Shown here: in pieces, positions 29,971 to 39,057 of the stretch | Layout: each line of letters begins with the position of its first letter | Numbering within the stretch: the first letter of the stretch is position 1 | NCBI GenBank assembly: GCA_963826115.1 | Contig: CAWGVS010000010.1 | Coordinates: 1 to 64,000 of the forward strand | Length of the DNA: 64,000 nucleotides | Reading direction: 5' to 3' | Origin: an uncultured Candidatus Rokubacteria bacterium | GTDB taxonomy: Bacteria; Methylomirabilota; Methylomirabilia; Rokubacteriales; DASRDR01 | Translations under genes and position numbers: made by a program | The notes under the pieces: generated by a model | Told to the model about the DNA's origin: nothing | Database searches by the model: none | Seen by the model: only the letters and a program-made list of their open reading frames with translations

Positions 29971-30978
29971 ATGAGGTTCGAGCGTCGCCGGTTCGCGATA
30001 ACCATCATGATGCTGGTCGGGGCCGCGCTGCTCGCGCTGCCCGGCTCCGCCCTCGCCCAGCGGAAGTTCAGCTTCGGCTACGACCAGCCCAAGAGCACCG
30101 CCTACGGGGTGGCGGCGGACATCTTCGACGCAAAGCTCCAGGAGCTGTCCGGCGGGAAGCTCGGCATCAACCAGTTCCCCGGCGCCCAGCTCGGCCAGGA
30201 GCCGGTCATGCTGCAGAAGCTCCGGGCCGGTGACATCGACTTCATCATCACGTCGACGGCCAATGCGTCGTCGGTGGCGCCGCAGGCCGGCGTCTTCTCG
30301 CTCCACTTCATCTTCCGAGACGACGACCACCTCAAGAAGGTCATCGCCAACAAGCAGGTCGTCGAGGCCTTCCGGAACATGATCGCGGAGTCCGTCCAGG
30401 GGGCCCACGTGATGGCGCTCATGACCATGGGTTTCCGGAACATCTACAGCAAGAAGGAGATCAAGTCGCTCGAGGACATCAAGGGCATGAAGGTGCGGGT
30501 CCAGGCCACCAAGACCGAGGACACGCACTTCCCGGCGTACGGGGCCCAGACCGTGCACATGCCGTTCGGCGAGGTCTACACGTCGCTCCAGACCGGCGTC
30601 GTGAACGCCGCCGAGAACGGGGTGAACGTCTACCTCTCCAACAAGCACTACGAGGTCGCGCCGATCATGTCGATGACCCAGCACGAGGCCAACAACAACT
30701 GCGTCTGGGTCAGCGATAAGACATGGAACGGCCTCACCGACCAGGAGAAGCAGTGGGTTCAGGGGGCCGCCGAGGAGATCGGGCGTGTCGCCCCGGGCCG
30801 AGCCCTGGCCCTCGAGGAGGAGTCGGCGACGAAGCTCAAGGGCATCGGCGTGAAGATCGTCGAAGGCGTGGACAAGTCCGGCTTCGTGAAGGCGGCGCAG
30901 CCGATCCAGGACCAGCTCGCGAAGGAGCTCGGCCCGCACGCCGTGAAGATCCTCCAGCTCGTTCGCGAGGTCAAGTAA
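29971..30978 (+). CDS. dctP: TRAP transporter substrate-binding protein
   Basis: Signal peptide; FPGAQLGQE, DIKGMKVRV, MPFGEVYTSLQTGVVNAAEN. Confidence 0.93.
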   Translation: MRFERRRFAITIMMLVGAALLALPGSALAQRKFSFGYDQPKSTAYGVAADIFDAKLQELSGGKLGINQFPGAQLGQEPVMLQKLRAGDIDFIITSTANASSVAPQAGVFSLHFIFRDDDHLKKVIANKQVVEAFRNMIAESVQGAHVMALMTMGFRNIYSKKEIKSLEDIKGMKVRVQATKTEDTHFPAYGAQTVHMPFGEVYTSLQTGVVNAAENGVNVYLSNKHYEVAPIMSMTQHEANNNCVWVSDKTWNGLTDQEKQWVQGAAEEIGRVAPGRALALEEESATKLKGIGVKIVEGVDKSGFVKAAQPIQDQLAKELGPHAVKILQLVREVK

Positions 30979-31108
30979 GCCGCCGTCGACCGAGCCGCCG
31001 GCCGGCTCGGGCGCCTCACCGCGGCGGCGGCCCACCGGGCCGCCGCCGCCGACCACATCATCGTGTCTCGAACCGGCGAAGAACCGCCGGCCAATCCCGG
31101 AGGATGAC

Positions 31109-31657
31109 GTGAGCCAGCGGGCCCTGGTGCTCGACCGTCACCGTCACCTGAAGTGGAAGGCCCTCGATTCCCTCGAGGCGACGCTCATGGTGCTGTGCGG
31201 CCTCAGCATCGCGGGATTCACCCTCTCGGTGCTGTGCGACGTCGTCACGCGGACGATCGGCCACCCCTGGCTCTGGCTCCAGCAGGTGACGACGGGGTTC
31301 TTCGCCTACGGCGTCTTCATCGGGATGGCGGCGGCGACACGGCGGCTCGACCACCTGTTTCTGAGCGAGATCACCAAGCGGCTGCCCACCGCCACCCGAA
31401 ACATCCTGGAGGTCTTCAACCGGATGGTCGTCCTCGCGGTCGCGCTCGCGATGGTCTGGTTCGGCTACAAGAATTTCCTGCTGGACCTCGGGAGCTTCCG
31501 GATGCCGTCCATGATCCCCCTCGGGACCTACACGATCATCGTGCCGCTGTCGGGCGCGCTGATCGGTCTGTTCGCCGTCGAGCAGGCCGTCAACGGGTGG
31601 CGGCACGGCTTCGCCGGACCCGAGGACCGGGACGACGAGCCGCTGAGCATCGTATGA
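31109..31657 (+). CDS. dctQ: TRAP transporter small permease
   Basis: Four TM segments, VVTR..GHPWLW; lies between dctP and dctM. Confidence 0.9.
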   Translation: MSQRALVLDRHRHLKWKALDSLEATLMVLCGLSIAGFTLSVLCDVVTRTIGHPWLWLQQVTTGFFAYGVFIGMAAATRRLDHLFLSEITKRLPTATRNILEVFNRMVVLAVALAMVWFGYKNFLLDLGSFRMPSMIPLGTYTIIVPLSGALIGLFAVEQAVNGWRHGFAGPEDRDDEPLSIV

Positions 31658-32995
31658 GCAACGGCGCCCTGATCGTCCTGATGTGCCTCCTCTTCCTGGG
31701 CCTGGGCTACGCCGGCGTGCCGGTGGCCTTCGCGCTCATCGCCGGCGTCCTGGTCGCCACGGCCTTCACGCCGGTGAGTTTCCCGTCGATGATCGGTCAG
31801 CTCTTCCACGGCATCGACTCGGAGACCCTCCTGGCCGTGCCGTTCTTCCTCCTGGTGGGCGAGCTGATGACCTCGGCCGACGTCACCCACCGGATGATCC
31901 GGCTGTCCCAGACCCTGGTCGGACACCTGCGGGGCGGGCTGGCCCAGGTCGTCACGCTCTTCAGCATGTTCTTCGCCGGCATCTCGGGCTCGTCGACGGC
32001 GGACGTCGCGGTGCTGAGCCGCACGGTGGCCCCGGAGATGGACCGGGAGGGCTACGACCGGGCGTTCACGGCTGCGCTCATCGCGTCGGCGTCGACGATG
32101 GCGAACCTCATCCCGCCGAGCATCATGGCGGTCGTGTACGGCGCGACGGGCAACGTCTCGATCGGCGGGCTGTTCCTCGGCGGCATCGTGCCCGGCCTGG
32201 TGGTCGGCATGGGGCTCATGGTCTACAGCCACTTCTTCGGCCCGGTCGGCGTCAAGAAGCAACGCGCCGGCCTCGGCGAGATCGGGGAGGCGGCCCGCGG
32301 GGCGGCGCTCCCGCTGGTGATCCCGATCATCATCCTGGGCGGGATCCTGACCGGCTGGTTCACGCCGACCGAGGCCGGGATGATCGCGTCCGTGTACATC
32401 CTGTTCGTGGTCATCCCGCTGATCCGGCCCGGGCACATCCGCAGGCTGCCCGCGGATTTCATGTACACGGGCATGCTCTACGCGATTCCGCTGGCCGCCG
32501 TGGCGGGGGCGTCCGCCTTCGGGTGGATGCTGGCGTACCTCCGGGGGCCCGACGTCATCGCCGGCTACATTTTGGCGTGGGCGGGCGCCGATCCCGCCAA
32601 GATCATGTTCCTGCTGGTCGTCCTGTTCGTGGTCCTGGGGGACTTCATCGACGCCGTGCCCGCCATCATCATCTTCATGCCGGTCATCAACAAGCTCACC
32701 GAGGTCGGGCGGGATCAATCCGGTGCACATGGGCGTGGTGCTCATCACGACCCTCGTGTTCGGGCTCATCACGCCGCCCTACGGGCTGTCGCTCCTGGTG
32801 GCGTCGAAGTTCGTGGGGGTGCCGTTCGGACGCGCGATGCTCCGGTCGCTCCCGCTCTACGTCGTCTTCTTCGTGACGATCGCCTTCGCGGTCCTCTTTC
32901 CGAAGGCCGTGCTCTTCCTGCCGAAGACGTTCCTGCCCGAGTCCGTCGGCTGCTTCCGAAACCCGAGCGGGACCGGCTACATCTGCCCGCCCTGA
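31654..32995 (+). CDS. dctM: TRAP transporter large permease (one frameshift near 32706-32713)
   Basis: LLAVPFF, GISGSSTAD, IPPSI, FTPTEA, then INPVHMGVVL...GLITPPYG in the next frame after a G-rich run. Confidence 0.9.
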
Positions 32996-33032
32996 GCGAC
33001 GCTCGCCGATAGCGCACCGCGCGCCGCTCTCG

Positions 33033-33122
33033 AGCGGCCACGCCGCCTGGGTGGTGGGCGACGAGCCGGTGGTGGTCGTCGACTGGCTCGGGGCGCCCGA
33101 AAACGACGCCCGGCGCGCCTGA
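33033..33122 (+). pseudogene. orphan 3' fragment of a cupin-family gene
   Basis: [21 protein letters not shown] resembles the cupin C-terminal motif [20 protein letters not shown]. No start codon. Confidence 0.6.
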
Positions 33123-33171
33123 GCGCCGAGTGGGTCCGGCCGCGCGGGATCGCGCGGCCGGGCAGCCCGGT

Positions 33172-35760
33172 CTAGGCTCGCACGACGAGAGGGCGACCGG
33201 GCCGGATCACCGCGGGCGGGTCGAGCTGGTGGATCCGGTCCCCGATCTCGAGCCGGGCGAGGGTGAGCTCGCCCGCCTCGACGCGGAGCTCCGTCTCGCG
33301 CGCCGTGATCCGGACGGTGCCCCACGCCGTCCCCGCGGTGAAGAGGCTGCGGAAGTCCGACGCCGCGACGCGCGGGGCGAAGCGGAGGCGCCGGGCGGGC
33401 GCGCTGTACGCGTAGCCCGACAGGGCCAGCAGCAGCGACCACGACGAGAGCGCCCGCGCGTAGTGGTGACCGCACTCGAACTCGTCCCAGGGATTCCGGC
33501 GCACGCCGTCGTGGCGGTCCCGGACGGCGCGCACGACCGCCAGGCCCGCGTCGACCTCGCCCTCGTACATGAGGAGCCCCGCGACCGCGTACTCGGACCC
33601 CGTCCAGGCCTCGTCCGCGTAGGGGAAGGGGTAGCGCGGCCGGCCGCCCCGCGGCCACGTGCACTGGAGGACCGCGCCCTCCTCGTTCACCGCGTAGGCG
33701 CGCTGGCAGCTCTCGTGCTCGGTGAGCGACGGCCTGAAGTTGTGCCGGAAGATCGAGCGCGCCGCGACGCGCACGTGCTCGCCGGGCAGGAGGTGCCCCA
33801 GCCCCACCACGTGGGCGAACCACTGGCCGAGCAGCTGGTCGGCGAGGCACCCGGGCCCGTACTGGTAGCGGGGCGTGTCCTCGCCGTCGCGGATGGCCGG
33901 CGGGTGCCGCTGCGGGTACTTCCCCTTCGTCACCTCGTGGGGCGCGGGCATCCGCACGTGCTGCTCGTAGTACTCGCCGTTCCACAGCTCGCGGTCGTAC
34001 CGGGCCCGGCCCGACGCGTAGAGGCGCGCGTACTCGGCGGCGTCGGGGTCGCCGAGGTGCCGCGCCATCTCCTCGCACGCCCGGAGCGCGCCCAGGTAGA
34101 GGGCGCCGCACATCGTGTTGGGGCCGTAGAACTCGATGTCGTAGGTGTTGTGCTGCTCGCCCTCCATGACCCCGTCGCGGTCCGGGTCCCACAGCTGCCA
34201 CGCGTAGGCGAGCGTCTTCTTGGCCTGGGGCCAGAGGGACCGGAGGTAGGCGTCGTCGCCCGACACGAGCCACTCCCGGTAGAGCTTCATGAGCGTGCCC
34301 ATCTGGCCGTCGGCCGCCGCCACGTAGTTCCAGGTGACGCCGGCCTGGAGCGGGAGCATGGTCCGGAACTTCTGCTCGCCGTCGGGCAGGGTGTTGAACT
34401 GGTAGTCGGTCAGCCGCACCGTGCGCTCGAGCTGGGGGAACAGGAACGCGAGCGCCTGCGCGTAGTTCCACACGTGCGTGCAGTTCATCGGGCAGCAGCC
34501 CGCGTTGTCGTCGCAGCCCTCGAAGGCGTGGAAGCGCCCGTCGGCCGTCCGGAGACACGTCGTCGTCCGGATGATGGACATCTGGCTCGACACGGCGTCG
34601 AGCACCTCGGCGGGGAGCGTCGAGCCGAAGAGCGCGTCGCGGAACGCGTGCGTCCGGGCCGTCAGGTCGGGCAGCCGCTCGAGCGTCTCCGTCGCGGCGG
34701 CCCAGGCGTCCGGCCACTGGGTGGCGAACCAGTTGGTCATCCGTCCGCCCACGACCGACTGGCCGGGCAAGGTCTCGAACGGCCCCCAGTAGTTCACCAG
34801 GCTCGGGAAGTGCCACGCGAGGACGACGGGCAGCTCGATCGTCTGCCCGGGCTCGATCCGCGCGCGGAGGCCGAGGGTGCCGGCGTCCGTCTCGCCGGCG
34901 GGGCTCAGCGTGCCCTCGGCCCGGTCCGGCAGGCGGCCGTCGGCGCGAAAGTCGTCCCAGAAGTTCTGGATGTCGTCGAACCAGCCGCTCCGCTCCCAGT
35001 GCTCGGAGAACGTGACGTCACGCCAGGTCGTCGCCACCGCGACGGTGCCGGACCCGGGGTGGGTCGGATCGAAGCCGGGGCGGCTCATGCGGAGGCCGCG
35101 GACTCCGCCCTCGTCGGTCCACTGGTTCAGGTTGCCGCCGAACATCGCGTGCCGCCGGCCGCGCGGGAGCGTCGTGACCCCGTCGTACCCGACCGCGTTC
35201 AGCTGCGTGTAGGCGAGGGTGACCTCGACGGGCCGGCTCGACGGGTTCCGGAGCCGCCAGAGGAAGACGGCCACCGGCAGGCCCGAGACGCGGTCGTCCA
35301 TCGGCGCGAACGGCGTGAAGGCCTCGAGCTCCGCCTCGACCGGCAGGCTCGCGTCGGTGAAACGGATCGTCGCCGTCGGATACGTGCCGACGAACGTCGC
35401 CTCCTCGAGGCGCGGGAGGGATGCGACCGCCCAGGGCGAGAGGCCGCGGTCCGCCACGAACGGCGGCAGGAGCCGGCGCTCGAGGATCCGCGCCACCGCC
35501 TCGTCACCGTCGCGGCGGGCCCAGAGGGCGAAGAAGCAGAGCGGGAGATCGTGGCCCTTGGCGGGCCGGTTGAAGACCTCCCAGTCCCGCAGCTGGCCGC
35601 GGCCGCCCAGCGAGACCGTGCCCGTCCCGATCCCGCCCAGCGGGAAGGCGATCTCCTTGAGCGCCGCGCCGGTGAAGCGCCGCGGGGGCGGCCCCGCCGC
35701 GCCGGCATGGCCGGACGTGCTCGAGGGGGTGGCGGCGCCGGGCGTGGTCGTCGTGGACAT
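33172..35760 (-). CDS. glycoside hydrolase family 116 (GBA2-like)
   Basis: IAFPLGGIGTG, EG...CC..NCTHVWNY, AADGQ, EGEQHNTYD, GCLADQL.GQW, NPWDEFECGHHYARA. Confidence 0.92.
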   Translation of the reverse strand: MSTTTTPGAATPSSTSGHAGAAGPPPRRFTGAALKEIAFPLGGIGTGTVSLGGRGQLRDWEVFNRPAKGHDLPLCFFALWARRDGDEAVARILERRLLPPFVADRGLSPWAVASLPRLEEATFVGTYPTATIRFTDASLPVEAELEAFTPFAPMDDRVSGLPVAVFLWRLRNPSSRPVEVTLAYTQLNAVGYDGVTTLPRGRRHAMFGGNLNQWTDEGGVRGLRMSRPGFDPTHPGSGTVAVATTWRDVTFSEHWERSGWFDDIQNFWDDFRADGRLPDRAEGTLSPAGETDAGTLGLRARIEPGQTIELPVVLAWHFPSLVNYWGPFETLPGQSVVGGRMTNWFATQWPDAWAAATETLERLPDLTARTHAFRDALFGSTLPAEVLDAVSSQMSIIRTTTCLRTADGRFHAFEGCDDNAGCCPMNCTHVWNYAQALAFLFPQLERTVRLTDYQFNTLPDGEQKFRTMLPLQAGVTWNYVAAADGQMGTLMKLYREWLVSGDDAYLRSLWPQAKKTLAYAWQLWDPDRDGVMEGEQHNTYDIEFYGPNTMCGALYLGALRACEEMARHLGDPDAAEYARLYASGRARYDRELWNGEYYEQHVRMPAPHEVTKGKYPQRHPPAIRDGEDTPRYQYGPGCLADQLLGQWFAHVVGLGHLLPGEHVRVAARSIFRHNFRPSLTEHESCQRAYAVNEEGAVLQCTWPRGGRPRYPFPYADEAWTGSEYAVAGLLMYEGEVDAGLAVVRAVRDRHDGVRRNPWDEFECGHHYARALSSWSLLLALSGYAYSAPARRLRFAPRVAASDFRSLFTAGTAWGTVRITARETELRVEAGELTLARLEIGDRIHQLDPPAVIRPGRPLVVRA

Positions 35761-35769
35761 GCTGATCTC

Positions 35770-36471
35770 CTAGCGAGGGGTCGATGCGCGTCGCACGGCA
35801 TCGGCGTATCCCGCGATGAGCGGGTGCGGCCGGCCGGGCGCCGAGCGGGTCTGGGGCAAGAAGAGCGTGGCGAGGTAGAAGGGGTGGCTGGGCAGCTCGA
35901 CGATGCGCACCTCGCCCTCGTCGCCGAGCCCGCTGACGCGGAGGCCGCCCTTCTCCAGCGCCGCCCGGTAGTCCGGGTTGACGCCGTACGAGCAGTAGTA
36001 GTCCTCGATCACGCGGCCGGGGCCGCCGTACAGCTGGGCGGCCGTCGTCCCGGGGAGCACGGTCACGGCCTGCTCCGTGCCCACCAGCGCGCAGGCGAGC
36101 GCCGTCACCACGGCGCGGGGCGCGTCGGGGTTCGTCTCGGCATGGTCGGCGTCCTCGATCCCGAGGACGTTGCGCGCGAACTCGACGATCGCGTGCTGGA
36201 AGCCCCCTCAGGTCCCGACGAGCGGCACGCCGCGCTCGCGCGCGTACCGGACCGCGCGGAGCGCGCCCTCCATGTCCCGGTACGGGCTGGCGGGCGCGAT
36301 CCAGAGCCCCGCGTACCGGCCGAGCCGCGTGGCGGGGTGGTCGCCCACCGCGTCGGTCGGCACCCAGTCGAAGGGGAGACCCGCGTGTCCGAAGGCTTCG
36401 TTGGTGGCCACGTGCGTCGAGTTCCGCGGGTTGAAGTCGCCCACGACGCCGACGACCCCTCGGGTGCTCAT
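35770..36471 (-). CDS. CTP-synthase C-terminal (GATase)-like protein, probable selenoprotein (UGA at codon 88, 36208-36210)
   Basis: Continuous frame ...ARERGVPLVGT-UGA-GGFQHAIVEFARNVLGIEDADHAE...YYCSYGVN...HPFYLATLF. The UGA occupies the nucleophilic Cys position of the G(T/I)C(L/G)G motif, and a hairpin follows it. Confidence 0.85.
36150..36196 (-). promoter_or_regulatory. candidate bacterial SECIS element
   Basis: Stem GC-A-CGCGA/UCGCG-C-GC starts 11 nt after the UGA and can close on a GUC apical loop. It is followed by a perfect 8-bp hairpin CGUCCUCG-GGAU-CGAGGACG. Confidence 0.6.
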
Positions 36472-37154
36472 GGGGTGGGACCTCCGTGACGCGCGAGTCG
36501 GTCGGTGCTGGCGACGGCCAGCGCCGCGACCGCGGCCGGCAGGATGATGAGCGGCGCCCCGGCGAGCGACCAGGCGAGCACGCCCGCCGCGATGGCCGTC
36601 ACGAGGATGGCCGCGGTCGGCCCGGGGTGCCGCGCCGCGAGGACGAAGCCGTTGCGCGTCGCCTCGCGGGCGCCCTGGCCGTGAAGGCCGACCAGCGGGA
36701 ACGCGTGGACGGCGACCATGGCGCCGAGGACCAGGAGCGCGACCTGGGCGGCCCAGAGGGCGATCGCCGCGGCGCTCGCCGGGTGGGCCATCACCGCGTG
36801 GAGGGCGGCGAGCTGCGCGTGCCAGGCGAGGAGGAGGGCCGCGGCGAGGAGCGCGCCGGTCCGGCCGCGCCGGAGATCGAGGGCGGCCGGGCGCGCGCGC
36901 TCGCCCCGGACGATGCGCGCCGCGGCGGTCGCGAGGCCGGCCGCCCCGGGACCCACGGTCAGCGGCAGGACGGCGAGCGCGAGCCCGGGAAACCCGAGAA
37001 GCGCCAGGAGCCCGTAGGGCGCGCCCCACGCGAGGAAGACGAGGTTCGCCGCGAGCAGGACGGGGAGGCTCTCCCAGAGCCGGCGGGCCTGGGCGACCGC
37101 GACGGGGACGGCCGGCGGCGTGACGGACGGCGCGGCCCCGCCGGGACCGGTCAT
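36468..37154 (-). CDS. membrane protein, YesL/DUF624-like accessory of sugar ABC operons
   Basis: About 5 TM segments, LWE..P.LL.ANL, ATRNGFVLA..HP; coupled to both neighbours by ATGA overlaps. Confidence 0.65.
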   Translation of the reverse strand: MTGPGGAAPSVTPPAVPVAVAQARRLWESLPVLLAANLVFLAWGAPYGLLALLGFPGLALAVLPLTVGPGAAGLATAAARIVRGERARPAALDLRRGRTGALLAAALLLAWHAQLAALHAVMAHPASAAAIALWAAQVALLVLGAMVAVHAFPLVGLHGQGAREATRNGFVLAARHPGPTAAILVTAIAAGVLAWSLAGAPLIILPAAVAALAVASTDRLARHGGPTP

Positions 37155-38038
37155 CCCTTCATCCCCGTGAGCGTCACGCCTTCGATCAGGTACCGCTGCG
37201 CGAGCAGGAACACCACCAGGACCGGGAGGATCCCCATCGACACGCCGGCCATGATGGCGGCGACGTTGCCGACCCCCAGGAAGCCCTTCATGATCGTGAG
37301 CCCGAGCGGGAGCGTCATCCGCTCCCACGTGCTGATGAAGAGGAGCGGCCGGAAGAACTCGTTCCAGTAGAAGTTGAAGGTGAAGATCGTCAGGGTCGCG
37401 AGCGCCGGCCCGGCGAGCGGCAGGATGATCTGGACGAAGGTCCGCACGTAGCCGGCCCCGTCGACCCGCGCCGCGTCCTCGAGCTCGTTCGGGATGGTGA
37501 GGAAGAACTGGCGCAGGAGGAACGTGCCGAACGCGCTGAAGAGGGCGGGCAGGACCAGCGCCCAGTGCGTGTCGAGGAGGCCGAACACGCGGATCAGGAC
37601 GAAGACCGGGATGATCGTCACCTGCTGCGGGACCATCAGCTGGGACAGGAACACGAGGAACAGGACGTCCCGGCCCCGGAACCGGAGCCGCGCGAAGGCG
37701 TAGGCGGCCATCGAGCACGTCACCAGCTGGCCGAGGGTGATCAGCACCGTCACCTGGAGGCTGTTCAGGACGAAGGCGACGAACGGGATGTTGTCCAGGA
37801 CCTCGCGGTAGTTCTCCACGTGCCAGGCCGTCGGCCACCACACGGGCGGCAGCGAGAAGGAGTCCTTCGCGAGCCGCCAGGACGTCGAGAACATCCAGGC
37901 GAACGGGAGCATCATCACCACGCCGCCCACCAGCAGGAGGGCCACGACGAGCCGGTCGACCGCGCGCCCGCGCCCGAGATCGGCGGCGCCCCCCGGCTCT
38001 CGCGCCCGTCGCTCGGCGCGGGCCGCCGTCCGGCTCAC
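37151..38038 (-). CDS. carbohydrate ABC transporter permease
   Basis: MAAYAFARLRF, IPNELEDAARVDGAG (EAA motif), WNEFFRPL. Confidence 0.93.
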   Translation of the reverse strand: MSRTAARAERRAREPGGAADLGRGRAVDRLVVALLLVGGVVMMLPFAWMFSTSWRLAKDSFSLPPVWWPTAWHVENYREVLDNIPFVAFVLNSLQVTVLITLGQLVTCSMAAYAFARLRFRGRDVLFLVFLSQLMVPQQVTIIPVFVLIRVFGLLDTHWALVLPALFSAFGTFLLRQFFLTIPNELEDAARVDGAGYVRTFVQIILPLAGPALATLTIFTFNFYWNEFFRPLLFISTWERMTLPLGLTIMKGFLGVGNVAAIMAGVSMGILPVLVVFLLAQRYLIEGVTLTGMKG

Positions 38039-38937
38039 TGGTAGAAGACCCAGACCCGGCTGAGCCGGAACTGCACGAGGGTCAGGGCGACGACGATCAG
38101 GAAGAGCGAGAGCGCGATCGTCGAGGCGTAGCCCATCTGGAAGAAGCGGAACCCGGTCTCGTAGATGTACATGACGACGGTGCGGCTCGCGTCGCCGGGG
38201 CCGCCGCTGGTCAGGATGTACGGCGAGTCGAAGATCTGGAAGGCGTTGATGAGCCCCCACACGATCGAGAAGAACAGGACCGGGGTGAGCGAGGGCAGGG
38301 TCACGTAGCGGAACCCCGCCCACCGGCCGGCGCCGTCGATCGCCGCGGCCTCGTAGAGGTGCCGGGGGATGCTCTGGAGCCCGGCGAGGAACAGGACGAA
38401 GTTGAAGCCGAGGTTCTTCCACACGCCCAGGATCACGAGCGACGTCACGGCCCACTGGCTCGACGTCAGCCACGGGATGCGGGGGACGCCGATCCGCCCG
38501 AGGTAGTAGTTGATGATGCCGAAGTCGGTGTTGTAGAGGTACTGCCACACGATGGAGACCGAGGCGAGCGACGTCAGGACCGGGAAGAAGTACGTGGTCC
38601 GGATGAGATAGCGCCAGACGCCCAGCATCGGACGGTGGGCGGCGACGGCCAGGACGACGCCGAGGACGGTCGTGGCGCCCACGTACCAGACCACGTAGAC
38701 GAGGGTGTTCAGGTAGATCCGCGGCAGCCGCGCGTCCCGGAAGAACTGGGCGTAGTTGGCGAGCCCGACCCAGCGCGGCGACGTCAGGACGTCGTAGTCG
38801 TAGAAGCTCAGCGCGACGGCCGCCAGCGCCGGGCCGAGGACGAACACCAGGAACCCGACGATGGCCGGGCTGAGGAAGGCGAAGGCGACCCACGTCTCCC
38901 GGCGGCGGGCGCGGCCGCTGGACCTCATCGGTGGCAT
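38035..38937 (-). CDS. carbohydrate ABC transporter permease
   Basis: WVGLANY, LAGLQSIPRHLYEAAAIDGAG, TSGGPGDAS, MGYAS. Confidence 0.93.
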   Translation of the reverse strand: MPPMRSSGRARRRETWVAFAFLSPAIVGFLVFVLGPALAAVALSFYDYDVLTSPRWVGLANYAQFFRDARLPRIYLNTLVYVVWYVGATTVLGVVLAVAAHRPMLGVWRYLIRTTYFFPVLTSLASVSIVWQYLYNTDFGIINYYLGRIGVPRIPWLTSSQWAVTSLVILGVWKNLGFNFVLFLAGLQSIPRHLYEAAAIDGAGRWAGFRYVTLPSLTPVLFFSIVWGLINAFQIFDSPYILTSGGPGDASRTVVMYIYETGFRFFQMGYASTIALSLFLIVVALTLVQFRLSRVWVFYQ

Positions 38938-39057
38938 GTGACCGTGACCGTCGGATCCACGCCCGGCGCGGCGCGCCGGAGGGGCCGCGGGCGCGGCGGG
39001 GCCCCGGCGGACGCGGGTCGCCGGCGACCCCGCCCGCCGGAGCGGTCCGCGCTCGTC

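Noticed and set aside
32706-32713. dctM frameshift as phase variation
   Set aside because: It is a single extra G in short G runs, typical of sequencing error, with no long repeat tract.
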